Source: Eutreptiella sp. 'Long Island Sound 2002' (taxonomy: Eukaryota > Protista > Euglenida). From it: a DNA stretch of 64,000 nucleotides. The position numbers and the translations under genes are program-made. The stretch is from assembly GCA_964036045.1 (NCBI GenBank), contig OZ038378.1, positions 188,170,001-188,234,000 of the forward strand, read 5' to 3'. Below, one piece after another: positions 48,857 through 61,442 of the stretch (the first letter of the stretch is position 1; every line of letters starts with the position of its first letter). The notes beneath the pieces were generated by a model. It did not search any database. It was not told the origin of the DNA and saw only the letters and a program-made list of their open reading frames with translations.

Positions 48857-49929
48857 ATTCTATTGCCTTCGGCAAGTCCACGTCGCAGAGAATCTAGCCC
48901 AAGCAACACACACCAAAAATAGGGTAAAGACTACATAAATACGGGCTAAAACATGCCTTACATATCTTGGATGGTCATTTTTAGGTGACCACAACATCAA
49001 AAAAATAAGTTTCGGAAACTTCGATTTTTGAGCTGTCCAAGGTGAAAAACTGCAGAAGCAGGTTGTGTACCAATCCATTGGGAGACCCCCCCCCCCCCTC
49101 CCCCCCGTGGCCCAACACCCGAATAAGGTGAAAAACACATAAATACGGCCTAAATCATGCTTTAAATACCTTGGATGGTCATTTTAGGTGATCACGGCAT
49201 CAAAAAAACAAGTTTCAAAAACTTCGATTTTTGAGCTGCCCAGGGTGAAAAACTACAAAAGCAGGTTGTGCACCAGCCCATTCACTCCTGTAACCCATTA
49301 TTGGCGGAAACAGTCATTTCGCGTCTTTGGCACGGGTTTTGACCGGCCCTTAGCAGAGCTAGAGACTGCAAAAAACGTCCTTTCGTATCCTAGTAGGCAT
49401 ATACGGTCACAACATCCCAACTCACACCCCTCAGAGTGGGTAGCACGGGGTCACCGAGGTCGCCAAAACTGCCAACATAGCAAAAATGGCTGAAAAGTGC
49501 ATAAACTGCACAATCGCTCATCCCACTCCGCCCCATACAAACCCCATGGAGTCGGGACCCGGAAACACTTTTTCGGCTCCAAATCGAAAAAAACCAAAAG
49601 ATTCATGATTTTCAACTCAAAAAAAGGGGGGGTCAATTTTTTGAACCCCCCCCGCCCCCACCTCCCTCAACCCCCCCCCCCCCCACCTCCCTCAAAACCT
49701 CAAAAAAGTGGGTTTCAGGTGGGGGGGGTCTGCGGGTCCAGACCAAAAACTCATTGGGGGATGCGTTTATTGGACAAGATGATGATTTTACAAGGGGTTA
49801 AACCAACAATTCAACCCCTTGGGGTAGGGTACGCGAATAGGCCCAAAAAGGCCCAAAAGGGGGGGGGGTATATGGCATTTTCCCTTATATATGCCTGGCT
49901 GGCTTTGATCTAACAACCTTTGCGAGGTG
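48857..49929 (-). mobile_element. Helitron2-like element copy 5 (1073 bp)
   Basis: Head-to-tail junction gaggtg|attctattgccttcggca at 48856/48857; about 2 internal repeats; ends tgcgaggtg at 49929. Confidence 0.88.
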
Positions 49930-52900
49930 ATTTAGCCCCTTGGGCTATGGCATGTGGTGTTTCCCAGCTGTGTGGGTCCGCCTGGTTTTGACCCAGCAAC
50001 CTCTGTGAGGTGGTTTTGACCCCCCCCCCCCTTCCCTTCGGACGCTTCCCACACGCGGCTGGAGAGGTCCAGAACTCAACTGAATCACGCTGCGTCAGAA
50101 AGAGGGCACTCAATCACCAATCCCAATCCTAGACAATGTGTGTGTCAGACATGACTTGGTGATGTACCAGGGTGCAGTGTCCAGCAGCGGCGTCCGGGAG
50201 CATGGCCCCGACAATGCCAATGCCTCTGCTTTCCATACTCCAGGTCTATCAATGCGTGCCTCGTCGTGCAGTCGCATACCTGAGCTGTGGTTGTAGAGTC
50301 TGGCCGACGACAGCTATGCCCGTTCCTGCTCTCTGCAGATGCCAATTTTGGCCAGCAGCCATTCTTGGATATGCTGTTCCACGGGGCCGGATATTTGAAA
50401 TCTGGTGGTCCCCTTTCCTTGATGGTCAAAGGGAGAGTGGGGATAGGGGCACGGGGTAATAGGGGCACAGGGAGATAGGGGCACAGGGAGATGAAGGGGA
50501 TAGCCGCAATCGGGGGTTAGCTGGGCACAGGGAGGTGTGGGTACATGGGCACAGGGGGAGCCCCCACCCCTCGGCCAAGCGACATTTTGTCCAAAAGCTA
50601 CCCTACCCGTGGGGACTGCCTGGGTTTGGCATCGACATTCTCTCGGTCCTGCTTGCAGTGTCGCCATCAAAGGCCACCTCCTCGATGCAATCGTTCTAAA
50701 AATCCGGGGAGTATGGAGCGTCAATCGGTGTTCACTTTGCGGTTGTGCTTCGTTCCCACCCATTCCGAGCCCCAGTGCCACAGCGTCCAAGCACCATGGC
50801 CGGCAAGCACCTCCCACTCAAGAGACAATGACAGCGCTGCATCGTAACCTACGCACACCCCTCGAACCCCCTATGCTCCTCACGGCCCTGCTGTGTTTTC
50901 TTGGAATCTGGCGTACAGTTTGATAATGGCCCTCTTTCATTGGCTGCGGGATGATCTGTTTGTCATCCCCATCTCTTTTGACTTCCCTTGTGAAAGGCTG
51001 TCCGGGCCACAGGCGGCTCGAGCTTGTCCATCAGCGTCGCATCCCCCGCGTGTTGTGGGTGTGCTCTCCCCTGGCGGTTGAAGGGCCCTTCCTCCAGACT
51101 AATGGGGGCCAGTTGTGTTGTGAGGAAAGAGAGGAGGGGACACAAATCGTGCAGATTTGCATTTCTCTTCCCCTGGGCCCTCCTCTCAGCAATTTGAGAT
51201 GCGACGGAAAGCCCCCCCTCCCCCTCCCGAATTGAGGATTCTTGCAAGAGAGATGGGGGAAGGGATAGGTGGGGTCATATGGATTAAGCTGGGATGCCCC
51301 CCCCTGGGTCAGTCCTCTAGAGGTTCCGTTCACACTGTCTGTCTGCCCCCCCCCCCCCCGATAGTATGCACAATGCCCCCCCCCCCTTCGACCCCAACGG
51401 CTAACCCAACATGCACATGTAAACATTGTTATTGGACCCTTGTTCTTGAGGGAGCCTTTGGTCCCCTTCCTTGATATTGTCTCTTTGCGTCTACAACGCG
51501 CCAACAGTGCCTACGATAAGTAGACCGTGTCTACTTGCAGCAGATAGTGTCTGCAAACGACAGAAAATGTAATCATTCCCCCCCCCCATAACTCGGACTC
51601 GGAGTGTGCATCTGGATGCACCTGGTCAATGGCACGGGCAACAGCCCGTCTCCGGGACAGCCAACCCTGGAGTAGTCAAACAGGACAAGTCATCCAGGGG
51701 CTCCGTTGACAACCAAAACACGTTCGGGCCCACAGAGGGTCAGAATGAGCATTGGCGAGAGGCCAATAGGCGCCGCCAAAGGCAAACAAATAGATACCGA
51801 GGCCTTGTGCCAAACCCCCCCCCATAACCCCCCACCACCTCCAAGGTGTGGGGGAACGATTTCGAGCGATGTATGATGCCTGACATGTCGAGCCTGACGG
51901 GAAAATGTGCCCGGAATATGTACACTTCCTTTGATGCCCTTTTGAATGATCCCCTCTCCCAGCCAGGGGGCAGAGTGGGATTGGGCCCCAGGGATATTGG
52001 GGAACAACAGGGTGATCATCCGGGTATAGCGACATGGGGGCACAAGGAGAGATAGGAGGCCTGCTTTGCCTGTCTCCTTGTTTGGGGGATATGGTCGTAA
52101 AGCCGCACCCTCCGTCATGTCCCGCTCAGTGCCACGCTGGCCGGAACGAGGTGTCAGCATTTTGTTGACACCACCACAAGACATTTCATATTATGCTGAG
52201 GGTGTGTTCCTGCATGTATTTTGTCAGGGTGCCCAGGAATCCTGGTTCAGCCAACCCAAGGACCCCCCCCCCCCCCGGAGGGTCTCCCGGAGGCCCCTCT
52301 GCGGGATGCTAGTGCCATTTGGCCGATACTTTTGGGCCACCTCTTCCCCAACGTGGGGACCCTGAGACAGCAGGCGGGGAGGGCCGGGATTGTGTAGCCA
52401 CTTTGATTGATTCCTCTCCCTGCACTGTTGCTTTACAATGGGGGAATGTAAAACACACACATGCTAACCCCTGGCGGGAACACCCCACCTCCACCTTGGG
52501 TCACAAGGCCGAGGCATCCCCTGTCACTACTTGGTGGATGTCGTGGAGTGACGCCCCCACCCCCCCTGCCCCTTTTGCCTGGACTAACCTCCCCCCCCCC
52601 CCGGGGGGGGGGGGGCAAGATAGTGCGGACCAGCTGGGTCTAGACCTACTGAGCCAGGATTCCCGGGGTCAGGGTGGGCGGAGATCACAGTGAGCAACCA
52701 CCAATGAAGCAGCTGGGGAGAGTGCGGCAGATTTCGAAACCTACATGGTGTCACCCCTCTGTTTGTCCTGGTTCGCTGGCCGAAAGAGCGTACAGATTTT
52801 GAGATGCAGCAGAAGGTGGGTGCAGAGGATGTGCTGCGTCCCAGATACGTCGGTGTGGCGCCCAGCAGTGGAGTCCAGTGCACGCAGCCTGATGACATAG

Positions 52901-54119
52901 GTGCGGGTAATAGAGCCATTGCTCAGGATAAGTTGAGCGTCTGCTCATCAAAAATGTACATCCCTTTCGCTCGCACTGTTCCTCCCTCCACCCGCCGACC
53001 CACATAGACGCATCCGTCCTCTCACCTTAGTCAGGGAATCCGGTGCAATCCTTTGAATTCTCCTGGCTGTGCCAAAGAAGGTACGGCCTTCAATAGACGT
53101 TCGGACTGAAACTCGTCAAAGGCGGTAAAGATGTGTTGCCATGTTGCATTGGTGTGATTTTGCCTTCCCTCTGGAGGTTCCTCCTGAGATTTTCCATTGA
53201 TGCGCTCTGGCTGGTGCACACCTGACCAAGTGGTCTGTGTTTATGGTTCATCCTACTTGAATGAATGTGTGGTGTGCATGAACCGTGAGAACAAAGTGAT
53301 CATCCCCTACCATTTCATTCCTGCTTGGCGAGGGCGGAGTTGAGAGGAGCCGAGGCCCCCTCGTGTGGGCGAGGCGGGGGGATGCCGGGTCTTGTCGGCA
53401 TGGAGGAGAGCAGGGTGGCCCTAAAGCGGGCCTCAATGGCATGCCACCCCTGGTAGGCCCACTCCTCCCACCCCCCGGACCGGAGCAGATCCAGGTGGTC
53501 TCTGTGGGCCCCAGGGCCATGAGGGCGGCATTCCTCACGGATGAGAGGAGGACGGCCTGTGTTCACCCGCCCCTTTCTCGAAATACGAACCCTCAAGACA
53601 TTCTACTGCCCTGGCGTTGAGGCTGTTCTTGATCAATTCTTTGACCACAGCGGGCACCGAAGTGATGTTGCATACTGAGGAATGTTGTTTCGCGTCTCAT
53701 TGTATGAACCGTGGCACCCAGAGGAATGTGCCCTCGAAGGAGTGCACAATGGAGTAGGGTGAAACACATACACAGACATAGCTGGTAATAGCCTGATGCT
53801 CAGGTGCACTTCAATTACCCCATGGGGAGCTGAGAACACCAGCATTGAGTCATGGCTGCGGTGCTCGGACATGTAGTATGTTGAGGTGACATGTGGTTTG
53901 GCCTGCACGCGCCTGCCAAAGCAGAGAGAGGACACACGGCACACGTGCAACTGTGCATTCACGCTGTCTTCTGTACCACGGAACACAGCGCTATTTTGCT
54001 GAACCGCACTAGCACTGAGTTGCAATTGATGCGCCGTTTATTGTACCCAGCAGAGAGGCTGGCACGACCCCAATCTCTGTTCCCCCGCTGCCCTTCATGC
54101 AGAGCAAGCAGTCAAAGTA

Positions 54120-54480
54120 AGAGCATGCGTGCATGCATTTATTAGTAAGTCTAAAAGAGCACACACGCATGCATGCTTTCATTACTACGGCCAAAATAAG
54201 GCATGGACACATGCATTGACTGGTATCCCCCCCATAACAGCATGCATGCATGCTGTTGTCTGTATGTTGGAAATAAGAGCATGCATGCATGTATGCATTT
54301 GTTCTTATGCCCGAAATAAGGGCATTCATGCATGCCCTTATTAGTATGTCCCAAACAAGAGCATGAATCAGTATGTCCGAAATAGCAACACGTATGCGTA
54401 ATTTTATTGGTATGTCCAAACTATGGGGACACATGCATACATTTGTTAGTATGCCCAAAACCAGAGGATGCATGCATGCT
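54120..54480. repeat. CATG-rich minisatellite (aataagagcatgcatgcatg cores)
   Basis: Repeated gcatgcatgc and aataag cores. Confidence 0.75.
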
Positions 54481-54496
54481 TTTGTCGACTGTCCAA

Positions 54497-54830
54497 AGTC
54501 AGAACACACAACCCATCCAGACCTCCTTGTGGACACAACAAGCCAGCCTGGTCATCAGATGATTCCATTGTTTAATGTTCAATATCCTCATTTTTACCAG
54601 TGTGGGGCCCACCACTAGTGCAGCCAGCCTGGTCTGAGGCATTTGTGGCTGCCTCATAGGAATCATCCACAACAGCCTCATCCTCATCCCTGGCAGCCTC
54701 AACATGGGCAAACCAAAAAGACCAGGCAGACATTTGCTTGGGCCATATTTTCCGAACCCTGGGGCCCCTGCACAGGGGGTCTTCCAAATGAGAACAAGCA
54801 CCAAAGAAGAACACACAAACTAAGGAAGAA
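54497..54830 (+). repeat. Dispersed ~300-bp repeat, paralog of 36445-36720
   Basis: Shared atcca(a/g)acctccttgtggacacaacaa...ttccattgt...gttcaat(g/a)tcctcattt...gggtcttccaaatgag(g/a)acaagcaccaaa. Confidence 0.85.
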
Positions 54831-55572
54831 CACAGGCATGTTCCTGCATGTGCGTGTGGGGGGTGCCCCAAGTCAACCTCCCCCCCCCCCCCCCCAAGTC
54901 AGTGTTCCTCCCCATCAACGATTTCCCCAGACTATTACTTGGGCCAGCTCAGCTCCCCGTCCCTCCCCCATGTCAGTGGCCCTAAGCCATAGGGGAAGGG
55001 AGACCTACCCTCCCACCACGACCACCCTCACATCCAAACCTCAAACCCCCTGCCAACCGCATTTGTAACGCCTCTTGCAGCCTTAACTGCTTTTGTAATT
55101 GCCGCTTTACAGCCCCTCCGGAATGCCTCAAACGATTCCCTGGTCAGCACCCCCCCTCTCTCCAGCACTGCACCACAACGTGGTGCGCATGCAGATCCAA
55201 TGCGGGTGCACGGTCCTTGCTGTTCTGTTGTAATTTCATTCGACATGGGATTTTGTTTGCCAAGATCATGGGGGGAGTCCTGATCTGTCACAGACCATGA
55301 AAAGGGTGATGGCTTATTGTGGGAGTGGGGTGTAGTGCGAAGGGGAGGGATTAGAAGAGGTGTATGATGGGGTGTCGTGTATACGGGCGCAAATTGTTCA
55401 GGGTCCACTCACCAAGATGGATCGTCATTCAAACTCTTCAGGCAAGTGTGTTACATGATGACACCTGCTCCATTCGCGATACATCTCGGACGAACGCCCC
55501 TCTGCAGATTTCGCCGAGCGAAGGTCCGGTGGGGACGCTTGCAGCAGCACATCTGTTTCTGCACGCGAATAT

Positions 55573-55740
55573 ATGGATGCTGAAGAGCGCAGAGAGGAAG
55601 GCGCTGAACGACATCGAGAATATAGCACTGAAGAGCGCAGGGAGGAAGGTGCTGAAGATCGTCGCGAAGATAGCACTGAAGAGCGTAGGGAGGAAGGCGC
55701 TGAAGAGCGCAGGGAAGAAAGCGCTGCAGAGCGTAGTGAA
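55573..55740. repeat. 24-bp in-frame minisatellite x7
   Basis: Units of type gc(g/a)ctgaagagcgcagggaggaag with an alternating 48-bp pattern; open in all six frames. Confidence 0.85.
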
Positions 55741-58700
55741 CACGGTGTGCACTGTGCACTGCTGCGTTCTTGAAGGGAGGGGATAGTTTGGGTTGGGACC
55801 TTGCACTCCGTTCCACCAACCAATGAGGTCCACATTTCAGGGAAAGGTGGTAAAGACCAATAGCACTCTTTTTTTGATACTAGTTAGGGTAGCAGCGCTT
55901 GTTGTATCACGTGTTGAGCCACATGGGCATACTGAGCCGGTATACTGGTCCGCAACTTTCCCCTCAACGAACTTCCGCCACCAATCAATGAATGGTCTTC
56001 CTACACCTGTAGCGTGTACCTCATTATCCTCTAAGAAAATGAAGTCCACAAAATGAGTGGAGTGGTGCAACGCTTTGTGTTATGGTGGCACTTTATGCAG
56101 CCATAGGAAGGAATTGTGGTCGGAATTTTCCCGAAGCAGCAACAATTTCAGGTCTGGGTCGTGGCACGACAAAGATCCCAAATCTATTTGAATTCCTTTT
56201 TCCCTGCGGTCTGCTCAGAACAACAGCCAGGTGAGCAGCCAGGTGAGGCTTTAACTTTCATTACCAGAATTGTGCGGTGCTTGTCTCGCCTTTGATGCCA
56301 CGGTGTCATAGCAGCTGCTGCACTGGTGCAAAACGGTGATCTGCCTGTTTGTGTCGGGGGGCAAATTGGCATTTACCTGGTGCCTCCTGTTTGTGTTGGA
56401 GTTTCCAGTCCAGCCTCGATGAGCCTGCAGAATACCATTGGAGAAACTGCCACATGTGCAATATCTAGTCTCATTCTATTGTTTTTTGCGTGTGTCTTGC
56501 ATCTGTTGCAACCCCTTGGGAAAAGCAACAGAGCCTTGGAGCTCCTGGTTTACAATCCAACAGCAAGCGTCCATACTCCCAGTCAGAAACAGCAAAGTGG
56601 CATCCTACACACCTACAAAAGGAAAAGGTGCCCATGAAAAATGCAACACAACGCAAAGGTTGTAAATATGCAATAGCTCTGCAGAAATAAGCCTGACTAA
56701 AAGAAGCAAGAATGGAAGAATTCTCCCCATTCTTTTCATGTGCCGTCGCAACATTTTTGCGTGAATAAAATTCAGACCACCCGCACAAAAAAAATACTCT
56801 GCAAGACTTTAGTATTTCTACGGTGCTTGCTTGCCACTGCGGGGTGCACGTACATGCAGTTTCCAAATGCGTGTAGCGTCTATTGCCCTCTGGACAGCGG
56901 TGGATCCTTGGCTGACGCTCATGGCTAGCACACAGTGCATTGAGGAAATGTCCGGCCTGCAGCTGCTAAAGGTTTATCACAGGGAGCAAGGTGTGCGTGT
57001 TGAGGGCCTGCCTTCACAGCTTGTGTCAGGGTTGAATCGTCCTGGGCTCAGGAGCCTGTGCTGCTGGGTCGCTGGGGTTGGGTGTAGGTGCTGGTTTTGG
57101 TGTGGATGCTGGACTTAGCAGGGGCATTCACATCGATTTGTTTGCATTCGCCTTGGTATTGGCATTTACATTGTGAGCGCGGTTGATGTTGGTTGTATTC
57201 GTATTGGTAGCTGGCGGCGTGCAGTTGATGCCCGCGCTGAAACCTTGTCACGGAACAGCGGATTGTGGTGCCGTGGATGCCCTTGCTCTAGCCCTTATCT
57301 ATTCTTCTCCATTACTAAAGATATTTTTGGATGTGTCGGTTTGTCCTTAGTGGTCGGTCGCTCAGAATATGCCCGTGATCCTCGGTGTAAACACCCGTGT
57401 TCCACCAGGTTCAGTCAAGCAGCGATCGCCACGGCACCAGGGCTGCTGTCTACCCGTGTACTTTCACGGGGTGTGAGCTGCACCAGCCATAAATTCCACC
57501 AGAGGGCTTAGCATTGCACTCCCCAGTCCTGCCTCGATTCCTGGAGTACCATGAGGCTCCTTGACTGAACCTCGCTGGCGACAGATGGCGCGGTGGGGGA
57601 GCACTCCTCGAGGCCGTCTTTTAGGAAGGAGACATTGGACCCCCCCCCCCCCCTTTCATTAAGGACAGCCAAGGCTTTGGGTGGCAGGAGTGCGCTTGGC
57701 GGACGGTTGATGATGCTTTACTGACAGCGACTGGTGGGGCAACCGACGGCAGTCATTCCCCAACCGACGCCCTGCTGGTGCCCCTGAATCCATGGACCCC
57801 ATCCGGGTGCGAAATACGCGTCCCCTTGGTCCTGTTACTCGCTGGTCAGTATTCTTTTGAGTTGGTCTTGGTGTTGGTTGGCATCAGGGTCAAGGTCACA
57901 GGTTTTGCGTTGGGGATAGTGGCAGATGCTGGAGGTTGTATTCGCTCTTTGTCGCAGCAATGTTGACATGGCGGACGCTGATGAGTGTTGCGCAGTCCAG
58001 CACCAAGAAATTAAGTTCTCTCCAGCTCTTGGATAAGTTGCACACTGGAGGAGCTTCTGGGGCTGGTATGTGGGAAGGCCGGGGCTCATTTTCATGCCGA
58101 CGGCAAATGTGTCATTGTCTTTAGGGAAGTGATTAGTGTTCACGGAATTCGTCGTTCCGGGGCTTGGGTCGTGGCTCACACGGGTTGGGCTTGACATGGG
58201 CTCTGTGAGACAGGGCGCACTTCTGGGGGTGGTCAGGATCAGGACAGACGTGCCTCCTGTGGCCTCCTCATCCCTACCTGCATACTCGAGAGGAGCTGTT
58301 AGGATGCTCACTTTCGGGGGTGTACACAGAGTGTCACAGGCTGGACGTGCGTATTTTGGTTCCCTCTTCGTGTTTTTCTCCATTCTGAGCCATTTCTCTC
58401 GTCATCATCTGCCATTCTCGACTTCTCGCACACCATCTTCCCCATCCTCCGTCCATGTCTCTGGGTGCTTCTCCTTTCCCCTCCATTCCCACCAGTACTG
58501 CAGATGCCACCGAACGCCATCTACGGTGCGTGCTTGTAGGATGAGTCGGGGACGACAACAACACTGGTCTGCCCTAACACAACAGTCCCCAGCCAGCCGC
58601 ATCTTTGAGGTGGAGAATACGGGAGACGTAGATGGGACCTGCGAGACAGCCCACTTGACATCGTGACAGAGAATCACAGCTCCTTTCCCTCCCCTCCTCC

Positions 58701-61442
58701 TGCTGCTCCTCATCCTTCGCCTCCCCCACCCCTCTCCCGGCAAACCTCCCTCCCTCCAGCCGCGCCCTGCCTTATGATTTCCCATCCTGCTCTCTTTGCG
58801 TGGGTTGCCGCCCCTTGGCAGGCGCTTACCACCCGTGTCTGTGGTATTCACTTGTGGGGCGGCAGTTTTTTGTTTTTTCTTAATGACAGCCCTGTGACCC
58901 GTTTTGTGACCCCTTGTACATCCCACAACAGCCTGGCCCACTAAGGCTCTTTGAGACCTGCAGCAGCCCAAGAGGGCCAAAGGGCTCAAAATGCTTGTTT
59001 GAGAGTCCACGAGGGGTCGAGGAACCGCTTTGTAACAGAGGAGTGTTGATGCATGTTGGGCCCAGACCTGTGGTTATAAGCGCGCGCAAAGGCCAGGGTT
59101 CAGCGTGCGCAGGCATGCGCAGTGTTGGGGTGTAAGTGTGCGTAAGCGTGTGCAATCTCCCTGTCCAAGCGTGAGCAATTTGTTTCTTCAGTCGGAAAGC
59201 CCCTTAAGTGGCGGTTGCGTCCGATGATGGTCTACTGGCAGGGCAACGGAGGGGTGGGGGTATGAAACCCAGCTACGACGCGACGGTTGGGATACATTGG
59301 AATCTCTGGCTTTTGACGCCAGAGGACATGACTGACCTCAACATTCTCCCCGGGCAAAAAAAAATGACTTTGCAAGACGTCCACCTCCGTGTTCCCAAGC
59401 CCAAGCGTACACAAGCGTGCAGAGGGTCGGGGTGTAAATGTGCGGAAGCGTGCATAGCCATGGAGAGTAAGTGTGTGCAAGCGTACACGCAAGCTTCTCA
59501 CCACAGGTCTGGTTGGGCCCATTTTGGTGCCACTCTGGCCCGGGCCGGATGAGCTCTGTGCGTCTAGTGGAAGTCCAAGAAGATGCCCCGTCCACAGAAT
59601 GGGGCAGTGCATTGAGAGAGGGCTGCTGCATTGGTGTGCTATAGTTAAGCATCCGTACCAGCCACAGTCAGCCCCCCAAAGAAGCCCGGCAGGCCGGCCG
59701 GCAACACACAAAAGCATCACCCCCCCCGGAGGCAGGACCAGTCCGTCTGTCGTCGGTGACGCATGGCCCGTGCTGCACCGCGTGTCGGACACGGGAATGC
59801 AGTTTGACCGGCCCCGTGGACCCTCCATGTGGCCACGTACCCACAGTTGCCTGCTGGTGACCTGGCGGCGGTTCTCAGCGTTGGCTCACAACAAATGTGT
59901 GTTATTTGGACTCTACCCCCGTAGCCTCCCCCCCTTACCCCAGCATGTACCTCAACCCAAGCACCCACTATCCCTGACCCTCACCTTAATCTGCGACCCT
60001 ACCTCTACGGGAATCAGTGCACATGGGTGGGGGCCCCAGGGGGCGGGCAGTGCACTTGCACATGCCTGTGGGCACACACACCTTCTCGTGGCAGATGCAA
60101 CCAAGGCCAATTCTTTCCCTGGGCTGCTGATGTTGAAGGGCATCGCAGGTATCCATGCCACACCGGCCACCGCGTCCATCTGATTATTGCCCCCGAAGGC
60201 ACTGGGCTTGAGGATTGGGAGAGGCCACGGGAGGCGACTCCGCGAGTCCTAGGACGCCGACTACCCCCCCCGCCCCCCAAAGGGGCCTCCGGCCAACCGT
60301 TAGTTGTCAAAGGTGCTGGCCTAAGGAGTCAACAAGGAGTCCACAAGGAGTCCACAAGCACCAGAACCACTTGTGTTTATATACTCAACGCTTTGAGCGT
60401 CAGATTGTGCAAGATGCGGCGCCGAACAAATGTCGTTTGTTGCTCTTTGAAGATCCTGGCCTCGAGGCCCCGGCACAATGTAGCGGTCTGTGTGGGAGGT
60501 GCCCGAACCCCCCCGAAAGCCCCCGCAACAGCCCCTCCCAGACCTAAACATACGCCACAAACACAAAACATCACACCACTGGCACACAGGTTGATGCCTG
60601 GGTGGGCCAATGGAGTGCGCACGCGCGCCAGGCGGAGTGCCGGAGGTGCCAATGTAACCAGCCACGCGCGGGTGAGTGTGCGGATGATGCCCGTTTCGGC
60701 GCGCTGGGGGGCCAGTACGCTGTTACTGTCTGCATGGGTGCTCTGGGGGGACCAAGAGCACTGTTGCTGCCCACAGCAGGCCTTTTGGCTGGGCCAGGGA
60801 CTGGAAGCGTTCAGAGCCAAGAGGCTGTGTTCTTCGGATGTGACCCCCGGAATGCTTCCCATCCATCCACCCATCCATACCCTCCCAGACCACGCCCCCC
60901 CCCCCCCCCCCCGCATTGCATGTCTGCAGCGCCGTCGTAGCCCTTCATCTGGCTGCGGTACAACGGCTCTGGCTGGGTGGATAGCAGTAAAAGGGGCGGC
61001 ACATCAACGTTTTCGCTCTGCTGTTGCCTTCCCGGGGGGGGGGGGAGGGGGGGCGACTCCTTGGGTTTGGACACCAACTACCCCCCCCCCCCCCAACTAA
61101 CCTTTGGCCGCAGGCCCCCGGGGGGGGGGGGGGGCATAGAGTGATGGTAAAAGACACTGTTGGGCCAAATAATTTTTGTATGAGGTTGCTTGCCCCGCCC
61201 CATGGATACCTGGTAAACAAGTGATGCTGCATGTTGTGTCCTAGATTTTGTCCTCCGCACTTTTGTGTGAGTGCTTTGGATACTGCTTCGGAGTCTCTTG
61301 CTTCTGAGCCTCATCGGATTCAGAAGCAGACGCCGGAACGTGCCGGCTATACACCGTGTTTGGTACCATTTTTATAGACCGCATTCCAAATGGCTGTTGC
61401 ATTGCGGTTTTATTTTCTTGTTGGAGGTTGTGGTGTTTGTGT

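Larger units (their letters stand above)
47350..50012 (-). mobile_element. Older diverged relative of the same family, split by copies 4+5
   Basis: 47378-47419 (attggacaaaataacgcttttgcaagaggttggagccccta) joined to 49930-50012 (atttagccccttggg...cctggttttgacccagcaacctctgtgaggtg) aligns to the terminal module of the young copies. The left boundary is approximate. Confidence 0.6.

Noticed and set aside
41123-49913. Many recurring 60-165 aa ORFs (e.g. MRLLDKMMILQGVKPTIQPLG)
   Set aside because: They are translations of non-coding repeat modules. Frames differ between copies because of poly-C/G length changes, and there are no Rep or helicase motifs.
41070-49929. Repeat array as a CRISPR locus
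   Set aside because: The units are ~194-bp homologous monomers with no unique spacers, there are no cas genes, and the context is eukaryotic.
52780-53220. Second reverse-transcriptase fragment (IFTAFDEF..., TPTYLG)
   Set aside because: The motif spacing is wrong and there is no YADD-like motif between them.
55837-56200. Ulp1/C48 protease domain
   Set aside because: Only vague resemblance; the catalytic His/Asp/Cys motifs cannot be placed, and even the coding strand is uncertain.
60027-61100. 357-aa plus-strand ORF (the longest in the track)
   Set aside because: GC-rich, Pro/Gly/Ala-biased, crosses poly-C/G runs and an 11-bp tandem repeat, and has no recognisable motif.
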